Of a DNA stretch of 64,000 nucleotides, positions 50,575 through 62,614 are shown in pieces. Origin of the DNA: Massalongia carnosa (lineage: Eukaryota). The notes beneath the pieces were generated by a model that searched no databases, was not told where the DNA came from, and worked only from the letters and a program-made list of their open reading frames with translations. Position numbers and translations under genes: made by a program. How positions within the stretch are numbered: the stretch's first letter is position 1; the number at the start of each line of letters is the position of its first letter. The stretch is from assembly GCA_965645245.1 (NCBI GenBank), contig OZ287077.1, forward strand, positions 1,054,001-1,118,000, given 5' to 3'.

Positions 50575-50656
50575 TGAAGGAGCTTAGCGAAATAGGCTAA
50601 CCCGGAGGGGCTTAGACGGCTCCTAGAGCCCACGCACGCCTGAGGTACTGAGGCTA
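50575..50656 (-). mobile_element. Additional Academ-like terminal inverted repeat
   Basis: Reverse complement TAGCCTCAGTACCTCAGGCGTGCGTGGGCTC matches the left end at 41498 (TTGCCTCAGTACCTCAGACGTGCTGTGGCTC); patchy similarity continues for about 80 bp. Confidence 0.65.
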
Positions 50657-50975
50657 GTTAACCATCAGATTTGCTGTTCTATGACAAAAGCAACAACCCT
50701 AAATTAGTTTAGCGGGCAACGGGCAACGGGCAGCAGGTAGTTTCCCTTTTCGTCGAGTGACTCAACACTAAAATTCCATTCATGCCATTTTTGACTCGCC
50801 GGTCAATGAAGAAAGCAACATCCCTATAATGATCTAGTGGTAAGTAACTCGGCACGTGTTCATCCAATGGTTTCGTGGTGCTATTATGTGATCCAATTCA
50901 CCTGAGCAAAACGGCCATCGTTGCCATTTTTACAAGCCATGGGAGATTGAGTCCACTCGAACACATCGGATCACC

Positions 50976-52795
50976 ATGTCGGGAAGCTCCACACCTGCAA
51001 TCGCCCCAAAACGTCCATTCGGCTTCGAAGACGAGCCACACGTACCAGCAGTTTCATCGCCCCTCAATCCCGATTTCGCCAACACACGTACCCGGAAAGC
51101 CCCAGTGCGGGAACAACGCGAGAAGAAGGAATCTTTGAAGAAACGGGAAGCCAAGGGCGGTGAAGGAACCCGCAATGGAACTCCAGACACCCAGAGCCAT
51201 GGCAAGAAGTCCAAGAGACCAACTCATAGGTCGACAGTCCTGTCGCCCATCAGATACAAACTTGCTCCCCCGAAACCAACGGATTTTGATCCGCCACGAG
51301 CGCCTGTTTTCACACCAATGCATGTCAGGGCTGAACGGCAATTCTACGAGAGTTCAGAGCAGTATATCCTCATGGCTACCGCTGCTCTGTTTGGTAACTC
51401 ACAAGATCTAGCGTCTACAACCGCAAGGGCTTCCGGTACATACATTGCATAGCCGATCCTGCTTTTCCATCCTCTCAGTACCACCGTTCCTCCGAAACCG
51501 AGCCATACGGGCCCCGGCTGAACTTTGAAGACGCATCCTCCCACATCCTCTTTGACCTTGCTGGCAGGAGCATCACCACAGAAAAGGGCTTCAGAATGGC
51601 AAGAGCAAATGTAGGGGCCCGGGAAGGTCGATGGTACTGGGAATGCAAGATACTCAGCGGTGTTGGACCTCCCAACAAAGACCTCAACAACCCCGGTCAA
51701 GGCGACGGTGGCCACGTCCGCGTAGGTTGGGCCCGCCGCGAAGCAAGCCTCGATACCCCTGTTGGCTTCGACGCTTACAGCTACGGACTTCGTGACGTCT
51801 CGGGGCAAAAGATTCACATGTCGCGACCAAAGGACTTCATGCCAGCCAACGCCTCTTTCTGCGAAGGCGACGTCATTGGTCTGGAAATCACCCTCCCATC
51901 CCTCTCTTTACATCGGAAGGTCGTTGAAGGTGTCTACAACAAAGCAGTCGACATATCCGATGATCTGGACCCCTCTGCTCTCAATGAAACTGCAGACATA
52001 ATACGCGATCGCGTCCCGATTCGTTACAAATCCCATCTCTACTTTGAGCAATTCGAATACCATTCTCTCAAAGATCTCGAAGAACTCATGAACCCCTCTC
52101 CCGTGGTATCCAATATCACCGCTTCTTCGAGCTCGACTCTTACCCCTCATCCCCCATCTCCAAACCACCCCGTCTCCGCTCTCCGTACCCTCCCCTTTTC
52201 AAGTATTAAAATCTACAGAAACGGCCAGGCGGTTGGCACCCCCTTCACTGATCTCCTCGCCTTTCTTCCCCCTGCCTCCAAGCCCCTCAATCAGGTCGGC
52301 GCCCGCGAAGGGCTTGATGACGGCATGCTCGGCTACTTCCCCGCTGTCAGCGTCTTCCGCGGCGGTTGCGTCGAAGTCAACTTTGGCCCTGACTTCTGGT
52401 GCCCCCCTTCCGAACTCTCTGCGCCCAACACGGCTGCCTCCGAGGACGAAGACGTTGACATGCTCAGCGCAGAGCCGCCGGTCAATCCGTTGACAGGCGT
52501 CAAGAACCCCGTTGAGGGCTTTCACAGCCGGCTGCGGGCGCTCGGCGAACGGTTTAACGAGCAGATCGCCGAGGATATCGTGTATGATATTGTGGACGAG
52601 GTGGACTTTTGGGTGCAGGATGGAGGGGACACGATGAAGAAGGGAGGATTGGGCGACAAGGGACCGATAGCCCTGGGCCCTGTGGATCCGGAGGCGGACG
52701 GCGTGCGTGCGGCTGTAAGGGAGGCGGTTGTGCGCCTAGGCAGGGGTGGAGGAGTGACGGGCGAGATTAAAGAACTGGTACAGGAGGAGGAATAG
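50976..52795 (+). CDS. BRE2: COMPASS/Set1C SPRY-domain subunit Bre2/Ash2; intron 51362-51411
   Basis: EH|VYNRKGFRY..CIADP, TTEKGFRMARANVGAREGRWYWE, HVRVGWARREASLDTPVGFDAYSYGLRD, DDGMLGYFPAVSVF..G.VEVNFGP, LGERFNEQIAEDIVYDIVDE. Confidence 0.92.
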
Positions 52796-53357
52796 CTCTT
52801 CATCGGGCTTGAGCTCGGTAAGTCTTGGTTCCGTGGGAGCTGAACGTATTCGGTCTATGGGAGGACGCAAGCGAGATAGATACCCCGGGGTGCGACACTG
52901 AAATGAAAGGACCGTAAACTTTTCACCCTTAAGGGGCTCTTCTTTTCCTCTCTCTCTTTCTCTCTTTCCCATTTCGTTTCCGAACCCCCGTGCTTCTGGG
53001 GCTATTAATTAAGTGACCCAAATCCCCTGAAAGTCCTCCTGCTGCTGCATCTTCTCTTGCGTTTCCTCCTCTTCCTGTACGTACCCCTTCTTCTACGCCA
53101 CGAAACTGGCTCGCTTTCGATGGTGGCGATGATGCATGGGCATCTGTTGAAAAAAAAAAAAAATGAAAAAACCCACGATATGGTTCTCCCTAAGCGCGTC
53201 GCGTCGTGCCGTTGCGTAGTACAATATATACATACATATATAAGAGATACAGTACATGGCTCTTCACGCTGGAGCTAGAGCCGGAGCTAGAGCCAACATC
53301 CATCCTCCAGCTCGTTGTATTCATTCGTTCACCACTCCTATCTTACCCTAAAAAGGA

Positions 53358-53362
<5 letters not shown>

Positions 53363-53392
<30 letters not shown>
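53363..53392. repeat. (GA)15 microsatellite
   Basis: Read directly. Confidence 0.9.
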
Positions 53393-53396
<4 letters not shown>

Positions 53397-53669
53397 AAGG
53401 GGAAGGATGAAAAGAATGGAGAAATGATAGATTGATAGGCAGGTGAGGTCCCATGCTGCTTGCTCGCTTGCTCGCTTGCTTGTCCACCTGCTCGGCCGCT
53501 TCATTCAGATAAAACCATTCAGATAAGAAATGAACTGATAGATTAGATAAATAGACAGATTTCTCCTCATGTCCACCCCTCCTTCCCGACTTTGTACTCC
53601 ATCATCAAGACTTCCTACAAAACAAGCAAAGAAAAGAGAAAACAGAAAACAGAAAACAGAAAGGGAAAA

Positions 53670-53718
53670 ATGTCTAGAGGCACCTGCCTCTGCAGCGCCA
53701 TCGCGTTCCAATACTCGG
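53670..53718 (+). pseudogene. Possible isolated first exon of a GFA/Mss4-like zinc protein
   Basis: MSRGTCLCSAIAFQYSG followed by a GTAACC donor resembles the GxCxCGxxxY start of GFA proteins. No downstream CHC..CRK exon was found. Confidence 0.3.
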
Positions 53719-55321
53719 GTAACCAGGTCTTTTCCACCCACCACCACCCAAAAACCCCCCTTTTGCATCCCCAAACGGCCCCACACCGAACCTGACCCTA
53801 AATGCTTACCATCTCCCTCCATCTTTCCAAAAGTGACTACCTACCTATATCTCCCGCCCCCCCCCCCCCGCCAACACACATACATATATATACCGGAATA
53901 TAGGGGGGGGGAACCAGCCAGGCTAGATGAAAACAAGGGAAATCCTTTCCCGCCCCCCTTCCTGGACGGGGTTAGAATACGCTGGGCTAAGGAGGGTCTT
54001 GCATGAGAACTTATGATACCCACCCCATTTAACGAAGAAACGAGGATTATGTTTAACCGAAGCAGCAAATCTTCCACCGGAAATCTTCGCTCAGGGGAGG
54101 ATCTAAAGCGATGGTGGAAGGAAACGCGCAACACCAAACAGCGCTATGTCTTCTAGTTGGTTAATCCCGCACCCATCTCTTAATTTGTAGCTTTCCCCAA
54201 CCCTTTCCGTGATCGCTTCTAGGAAAAATTATCCGCTCCGCCAGCGTTGGGTGGACTGGATGCCTTGCCGAGGCGTTTTTGACGTCTTCGTGAAGTGAGG
54301 CTGAATGCTTGCTTGGAAGTCAGGCAGTCCTTTTTGGGAGAAGATCTTGCGTGAAAAGCGATAGATCGTTTTGCTCGCAATGGACATGGTGCTGGGAGCT
54401 TTACTGGAAACGTTGAATGTGCATCGATCGGCCTGCTGGGTAATTTTCTGTTTCATGTGTATATATTTTAAGAAATTGGAAGGTGGGTGGCTAGGTATGG
54501 GGGTATATATTTAGGAACGGGAAGAGATGGTGGTTATGGCGGTGGTATGGTGATATCGGAAAGATTTGTGTTAAGGTGGAACAAAGGACGTATATTGTTA
54601 ATGTCCAAAGCTAGATCCCTAGAAATGGAGGCATTATATGACGGATTGCAACAAAGACACTGAACAAACCTCCCCCCCCCTTTCATCCCAAAAATAAAGA
54701 AGACTCCAAAAGGCCAAAAGCAACCGTCAAGATCATCTTAAGTTGTAATAACCTGCTTGACGTGATTCTTGGACTTGCCCTTTTATGTCGTAAAATGAGT
54801 TTGAAATGCTAGCGAACAGATAGCAAGCTCTCCCTTAGCTTTTGAAACTATAATTCGTAGAAATTGCATCCAGTGTAGAACACAGGAGAGATTCTCCATA
54901 AAAGAGACCATGGTATACTTGAATTTATACCGCTATCGCGCGGAAGGGTTTCAACCATAGTGTAAATTTTTAAAAGGACTTGGAGCAGAGGGTTTCGTTA
55001 CTCGGTTAATGGGCTATACCTCAAGTCGGATTGAGAGGTGGTCGTAGGTTTCAACGATTGTGAATCCTAACGCCAAGTCCCAACGCCAGTACGCGATTTC
55101 CCCTTTGGTATGCGAGTTCCAGTGATCGGAGCGATTGGGTAGGCTCACCGTAGCCCTCGAGTTGGCTGTATTTCCATTTTTTTAAGTGTAACTTAGAGCT
55201 GCCGCAAGTCGAGCTGGGAATTTTTTCTACCCATGTGTTGTTTAATTTAATAACGGGGTTCAACGCGGATTCCAACGTTCATCAATCGCGAACACAGCTG
55301 CTTGGCCCTAAAATATAAATA

Positions 55322-57981
55322 GAGTACGGATACGTGGACACCCCTTTGGTTACCTGGACACCCCCTGAGGTTACCTGGACACCCCCCAGTGATACACGGA
55401 CACCCCCTTCCTAGAATAGGTAAGAATCAAGGGTTCAGCCCCCTCACTTACCCACTTCGGGGTAAGCTCCCGGGCGCATATCGGGGAAATTTTTTCCTTC
55501 ACCTTTTGAAAGTGGTCGGGAATTTCTGAAACGAAGTCGATTGGCACTGGCTTTGCAAATCAGACTCTGATTCTAGAAACTAAGCCTCATTTGGTCTAAG
55601 TAATGATGATAACCTCTTCATCTCCGCTTGCTGTCGCTGTCCCCCCCCCTGTCGCCGTCCCCGCCTCCGAGTCATTTGTAGTCAGCCTATCTGCCAATCC
55701 CCTTGTTATAACCCCTCCTCTAGCCCTACCTCCCCGTCCCCGTCCCCATCCCGATCCCCGTCCCCGTCTGCCTCGTCCACGACCAGGTGCCGGGTCCGCT
55801 CGATGAACGGCTGATTGATCTGCATCCGGGTCCACCCGCTCGAAAAGGGAAGGATCACGATTAGTAGATGCCTCGAATGCTTGCTGTCTTCTATTCAAAT
55901 TCTCCGCACCTGGAGGTCTGCCCCTTGGTCTAGCAACTTCGGGTGCCTGAACCCGAAGATAAGGATTATCAATAGCCACACGGGCTGTCCTATCAAACCT
56001 CCAATGAGGATGAATATCTTCCAATAGCAACTTTCCCCCCCCATCCCCATACAATCGTTCCTGAATCTTATGACTGCACGGAAGACCCATGGTTAAACTG
56101 AACGTTCCAGTACAGGCCGGAATAGCTGTTGGTTGACCAACCAAACGTTCGTATTGAGGCATTATCTTTCTCAAAGCATAGGAAGTGACGTATGGACTGA
56201 TTTCCTGAAAGATAGGTTTGCGAATATCCATAGGTAGTCGCACCTTCGCTTCATCAAGACGAATCAGATGATTGTGAAGTTCATTGATCAATAGAAGATT
56301 GATTCCGTCCACCACCGTCTTAAGATCTCTAGATGATGACCCTAGCTGTCGCTTAAGTACTGCATGCCCACCTTCACCTCGAGAGGTAGTGGTGGTTTCG
56401 AAATGAGTAATCATACTGGTATAGCACTTGACAAAACGATGTCGGAAGGGTATGTAGATGTCGTTTAGATATTCCACACATTGATCCTGACCCTGATACT
56501 GAATCCTGAATCGCTCCCATGACTCCAAAAACTCTGGTTCTGACGAGGCATAAACGACCGTTTTCCAGTCAGCGAAGAAGGAGTCCCACGCCTCTTTGGT
56601 ATCGAAGCTCTTCTTGCAATTGGTCAGGACGTTATTATTGATGTGCCATAAGCAAAGCAGATGATTGGTTGCGGGGAAAACATCCTCAATTCCAGCTATC
56701 AGACTCTTTTCCATGTCCGTGACTATGACGATCGGGTTAGGAAGCATCATCCCATCATACATACCTCGCAATTGCTGCAACATCCAGGTATAATCAGACG
56801 TGGCTTCCTTGGCCATGAAGCAAAATGCCACATAGAAGTTGGTATGTAGGGCGGTTTGACCACTGATGATCAATAAGGGCATCTTATATCTGTTGGTTTT
56901 GTAAGTGGCGTCCATCACCAACACCTCGTAATTCGTCTTCAATAGTCGTTGAGAACAGCCCTTAATAAAGAATAAATGAGTTATTCTATCTAGATCATCC
57001 TTTTGCATCTGATACGTCCAATCTCCTTGATCCAGCTCTCGGATTAATGCCTGAACCGGAGTCAATGGGCCGAGTGTCTCGCGACGAAGCTGTGCTTTGA
57101 CGTTGTAGATATCCCGAGGTTTGAATAAGGGATTGATGATGTAGGGATTTTCTGGATCGTCAAAATTGATTCCCGTCGTCGGATCAGCAACACGAAGACT
57201 AGATAAAATCTTGAAAGGGGCTGTTTGCACGATCAGAGCTCGGGAAATCTCACTTTTAACCTCTTTCGTCATCGCCAATTTCCTCAACGCTGGATGAGCA
57301 CCAGCGAGGGTAGAAGCATGATTATGAGTCGATTTGACCACCTCCAAAAACCAGATACCACTGTCGTTTTCTCGTGTGGCCACACAAGAGAAAGGGCATT
57401 CAATTCGTCGGCTACCCGTATGTCGCCGATCCTGACCTCTTGGTCCGTCGGTTTTTCTTCCTCGATCACATATCAGCCATGCCTTTCTTGTTACCTTAAG
57501 TTTCGACTTCTTGGTTCGACCCAAAACGACTGCGTATCCTTGACGACCAGCATGCTCATTGACTCGTAGAACCAGGTCTTCCAGACTTTCAAAACTTTGT
57601 CCATCCTCGGGGGGTGCAAGTCCGCCAGGGGGTAGAGGGCCAGGTGGTCGGGGTGGAGTAGCTGGTTCATCTTCGAGGGGTGCAAATCCGTCAGGAGGTG
57701 GGGCAGGAGGTGGGGGGTCAGGAGATGGTGCAGACATGATAAAGTGTCAAAATGTTGGTGATGATGATGTTTACGAAGTGCCAAAATGTTGGTGTTTACG
57801 GTTGAAAAAAAAATTCCCGAGGTGCACCCTCGGGAGCTTACCCCGAAGTGGGTAAGTGAGGGGGCTGAACCCTTGATTCTTACCTATTCTAGGAAGGGGG
57901 TGTCCGTGTATCACTGGGGGGTGTCCAGGTAACCTCAGGGGGTGTCCAGGTAGCCAAAGGGGTGTCCACGTATCCGTACTC
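55322..57981 (-). mobile_element. Intact Mutator-like element (MULE), 2660 bp, 151-bp TIRs, 8-bp TSD TATAAATA
   Basis: TIRs 55322-55472 and 57831-57981 begin GAGTACGGATACGTGGACACC and differ at one base; TATAAATA at 55314-55321 and 57982-57989. Confidence 0.95.
55596..57737 (-). CDS. MULE DDE transposase, 713 aa
   Basis: FAR1-like C-x23-C-x23-HNH domain; VLVMDATYKTNRYKMPL (D1), IVTDMEKSL (D2), LLCLWHI (CxxH), TTSRGEGGH (E); C..MGLPCSH; AT-hook PRGRP; RG-rich tail. Confidence 0.93.
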   Translation of the reverse strand: MSAPSPDPPPPAPPPDGFAPLEDEPATPPRPPGPLPPGGLAPPEDGQSFESLEDLVLRVNEHAGRQGYAVVLGRTKKSKLKVTRKAWLICDRGRKTDGPRGQDRRHTGSRRIECPFSCVATRENDSGIWFLEVVKSTHNHASTLAGAHPALRKLAMTKEVKSEISRALIVQTAPFKILSSLRVADPTTGINFDDPENPYIINPLFKPRDIYNVKAQLRRETLGPLTPVQALIRELDQGDWTYQMQKDDLDRITHLFFIKGCSQRLLKTNYEVLVMDATYKTNRYKMPLLIISGQTALHTNFYVAFCFMAKEATSDYTWMLQQLRGMYDGMMLPNPIVIVTDMEKSLIAGIEDVFPATNHLLCLWHINNNVLTNCKKSFDTKEAWDSFFADWKTVVYASSEPEFLESWERFRIQYQGQDQCVEYLNDIYIPFRHRFVKCYTSMITHFETTTTSRGEGGHAVLKRQLGSSSRDLKTVVDGINLLLINELHNHLIRLDEAKVRLPMDIRKPIFQEISPYVTSYALRKIMPQYERLVGQPTAIPACTGTFSLTMGLPCSHKIQERLYGDGGGKLLLEDIHPHWRFDRTARVAIDNPYLRVQAPEVARPRGRPPGAENLNRRQQAFEASTNRDPSLFERVDPDADQSAVHRADPAPGRGRGRRGRGSGWGRGRGGRARGGVITRGLADRLTTNDSEAGTATGGGTATASGDEEVIIIT

Positions 57982-60900
57982 TATAAATATTGAGTAGCTT
58001 GAGTTGACTAATTGGGAGACTTGAAAGCCGAGAGCTTGAGTGGTCGCCATAGTTACGCCTCGCAGTATTTGGCATCTGCCTAGTTCAGTTATATCTCAAC
58101 CCCATATTCTCAAAAGCTGCAATTTCGGCTTTAGAATGAATGAAACTCCTTTATGACAACTCTCAAGCTATCTGCATCCATCTCGCTGTCGTTGGTCGGG
58201 CTTATGGAATCCTTGATTCTATGACTGGCGTCCTGACAAAAAATTTTGCACCTGCGCTTCTGCTTAAGATAGATGTTATTGATATATAGATGATGAAAAC
58301 AAAAATAAATCCCCTTTAAATTTACGCAGGCTTGGCGGGATTATTGCCTCCCATTTTTCAAATCTTTCAATAGATAAAGTCGCAAAATTTCCGGAATTGT
58401 ACTCTACTATTCAAAACGATGTAGCGACCCTTAGATTCTACGAGATGTCAGGATTCGTTTTGGAATGACGACAGTTAAATTCGAAGCGATTTTGTCCGTC
58501 CGAGAACTTCGATATTTAAATTCCTTCTAGACCGCTTCATTCTTTTTGACCTGCTTGTTGGTATTTCGTGAATGTAGATTGCACTATGCTTGATGAAGAT
58601 GTGGTAGCTTGGGATACAACGAGAATGTACCTTCAATTTGCAGTGACACTTCTTCGTAATTGACGGGGTGCAGGATGATATCTAGGTGATTCCTAGTCAC
58701 GTGAATGAAACTTGTTAATTGTAGAACTGATGCTGAATGCTCACGCTCTGTGCTGAAAAATGAGATTCACCAAATAGTGAAAAACCTTTTGCCAGCGCAC
58801 TTTTCCTAAGCTGATATGAATATCTGCATTCCTAATTTCGGGGTAGTTCTTGGAGTCCTGAAGATAGATATCCACCTCCGAGACAAAAACATTTGCTACG
58901 ATGAAAGTAGTAATACTGGCTATTGTTGGCCTCAATAATATATGTAAGGTACTAAGTGCATGACTAAGAAATTTCTAAAATTGGGGTAAGTAAAATTATC
59001 GTGAGTGAAGCAATCATTTGGAATGGGGAATGAGTAGATTGAGTAAAATTCCGGTAGGAAGTAAGGAGTTTTTTATATATATTCAGAAAATCAAAAAACG
59101 AGAAACATTCAACCACCTATGACCATAATCTGGGGTGCTCGGTTGATTTTTTGGGCAAGAGCTCCATTCAGGAGACGGGAGGTAGAAATGAGAGCGTCTG
59201 GCGGCTTTATCGTCTCTTTCTTTCTACTTTTTGTCATCTTATCACCTTGTGGGCTTGGGCCTCGTTTTTCTCCTGTTCGATTGATTTCTCGCTATATTTC
59301 AGATAGCCGTCGTTCTTTGTAATTCAATAAGGTGGAATGTGCGCCGACAAAACCCTTGGGTGTGTAAGACTGATCTGATTCTCGGAGCTTCTTGGATGCG
59401 TAGTATATGCAGATACGGTCAATAGAGTTATGACACGTATAAAGAGGATGTCGACTGGAAGACTGATCGCTTGGGTTTCATATTCAATTTGCTACCGCTC
59501 TTCTTGGGTCCCGTGAAGCATCGGAGGGGTAGCAGCACCCCAGTTCCCCTTAAGTACAGATCTTCAGCCAAATGTACATTCGAAGGAGAAACAGATCTCT
59601 CTCTCTGGTCTTACTTCTCCAATCGTGCCATTGTTCCAAACTTCTTAGACATCCTCCCAGTTGATCGATAGTCATTCTGTCAAAAGGCAACCCTGATTCT
59701 CGTTATTGAAAGCTGCTTAATCGCTGGCCTTTACTCTCTGTTATTCTCTGTCCGATAGTCGTCATAGATGAAACAGCTAGAAGCTAGTTTTATTTATAAA
59801 GTATTTTCGCATTGCAGCTGAAAGACAAGGGGGAAGAATATGGTGGGATCTGATAGCAAAGTAACTTTTAGTAAGTGCGGCATAACACCTTCACAGAAAA
59901 AGCCGGAAGGACACGTTCTTCTGATGCTAGCGTTGCTCCTAACCATCTGCCATCCTCTCAAGTATAGCTGAGGAACCATTGAAAAGTCGCCAAGGTTAGT
60001 TACATGTAGAAGATTGGCCTTTAAGGACGATTTCAAGATGACTCGGTAGAATCGGGCTGGTAAGACATGTTATAGTTGTGTATAATACCTTTCTCGGCTT
60101 CATAACCTGATCGCGAATAACTAGCACCAACCCGGGAGGGTTTTCGTGCGACATGTATATGTGAACTTGGAAAGAATTTTCTAATTTAGAGGAGTGCTTG
60201 AAGAAATTTGGTTCTCATCGTCAGAAAATTAGGCCCGGAAAGAATCGTCTGTCGCCCTTATAATGGTTCGATTGTAGGGAAGTAGTCCGACAGCAGACAT
60301 GGTCTGTTGTCGTTGACTTATAGTTGGTGGCAAAGGCTTCTTTCTCCCTTTGTTACCACGTGCCCACATAACTACAATGCGGCTAACTACATAACTAGCA
60401 GGCACTCCGTTACACTGCATGGACAATCTTTGACATATAACAGTCCAATATTCTATCAGTCATATAGTACGACAGTAAAATTCTGCTGACGGTGGCTTTA
60501 TTACAATCTTGTATACCTATAACATGTTACTAGCGGCAAGACTTACGGTATTGTAACAAAGATTCAACACAGGCAGTTCTCGGCTAGGGACCGATGTCCA
60601 GAATACATAAGCAACCCTCTCATTTGAAACTCATGGGGCATGATTCCAACACATGCCGCTTTATCAAAATCCATCACCGAGTTATGTACCTTGTAGTGAG
60701 CATTTAACAAGTATGCCATTAATTTAAAGTTAATCCGCTATCGAGGGCCGCCTGCAGGGAGAAAATAAGGCGGAGGAGAAAACATCGTTGCAGACAACGC
60801 TCCGTTCTGTATTTAACGAAAGAAAGATCTAAGAAGGTGCAAGACACTTCAGGGGTTCAGCGTTTATATATTACCGAAGGATGGGTGGAGAAGGCCGAAA

Positions 60901-62614
60901 AGCACTCTCTCCGCATTGTTGAAGGCGAGGAGTTGGGGAGTTTGACATTCGACTCGTCTCGACTTGTGCAGCAGCACTCCGGTTGTAGGTGAAATGTGTC
61001 ATATGTATACGAGGCAAAGGAAAATGAGCTGCATAATCTCCGATACGGTTGAGCCGTCATGATCGGGGGAGTAGAGTTAGGTAAGGAATGCATGGCTAGG
61101 TAGAGTGGAAGGGGGACTTGTGTAGAAAAGTGTTAAGAAGTAAAGACCAGACAAAATTAACGGAGAGGGGAACACTCCCCAAGAAACCAGGATATATAAC
61201 TTACCTGCACAATGTCGCTCGCTAATTTGTCTCCCTTATCGTTCTCCCATCCTTGACAGCAAGCCATGCTGAAAAGAACAAAGTTACGTCTATGATAAAT
61301 GTAGGCTCACCACTAATAGCTTAGGCATTGCAGAAGCTACTATCGGCTGGTATTTTCTGATGCGCGTCGCATAGACACGGCTATAAATTAAGAAGGTAAG
61401 ATGTTGCACAATACATAGAGCGATTGCCCCCTGTCAGCATAAAGTCCGAAGCTGGGCGCAAACTACTTCTTTCGCCATTAGGTGTGAGCCTCTGGATTTC
61501 CGCATCTTATTGCCAAATTTCCTAAACTGAACATTCCAAAAAAAAAGTAACAAAAGCTTCGCAGCTTTTTCTGCTCTTTACGCTCGTCACGTTTCATTCA
61601 AGTTTGATAAGAGAGGAGCCGGAAATGGCGCCCCTAAGGCTGAAACGTAATATATCTGTAGTCTTACCGTTCGGAGAATATTTGCTCTTCGGACTTTCTG
61701 ATGGAGAAGGGAAGCCATCACTGCTGCTGCCCGCTCTTTTCCAGTCAGGACCTTCTTTCTGGAAATCATGAGGTCGTTCATCTACCTTGAAGCAGCTCCC
61801 TCATCCTGCGAAGCCCTTCATAGCACATCTTGACTGAATGTGCGGATCTGCAGCCCATATATCAAAAGGACAATCACGTAAAACGATGTATCCAAGACCA
61901 GATTCTCTCCTGATATTTTCCGTTGCAATCTTGAAGGATCAGACCTTTCGCTGTTCCTAAGCCAAGAGCTTAAGTTGGCCAATACTAGCACGCCTGATAT
62001 TTTACCATTGTCCATTTTGATATTCGCACATGAAAAGAAAACTGCTTCGGCAGTAAATAAAATAAGTAGCGGGGGATAAATCTTGAGATGACTATTGGAC
62101 AGGATCTAAACTTTTTAGACCGAATAGAGATGAGACGCAAGAAGGGCTTATTGAACAAAATGACTAAAGCAGGGCCTTACGTTGGTGTTTTAAGAAAGCG
62201 CAAGGTACGTAAGGGCTGTTATCAAGGTGACTAAAGTAATTAATTTCTGATAAGGTTGTTCTATATCGTATAATCTATCTTGGATCCGGGGCGTTCCAAA
62301 CCGATGCTGTCCCACGAGGAAAAGGAGATTGAGTTTGAAGACCAGTCCACAACGCGGTTGGGGATGAAAGTCGTGGAAGTTATCAATACAATGCCTGATC
62401 TAGTACACACTCGAATAGTGATTTTGAGAGGGAAAGGGAATCTCTGTTCCAAACGAGTTCCAGACCTTGAAGGCGTCCAATGCGGAATAGTACTATACCC
62501 GCCGAAAGGGTCGTCATTTGGATTCGGCCGTGATAAGCAACGCTGGATTTTGTGAAAGATACTCGTACATGGCGCTGGAAATAATCTTTATGTCGTTAAA
62601 CAAGCCGGGTTCCA

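Noticed and set aside
58000..62560. Short ORFs and an isolated minus-strand GTAAGT intron near 61205
   Set aside because: Frames are broken by stops and no family is recognisable; at most an unassignable relic.
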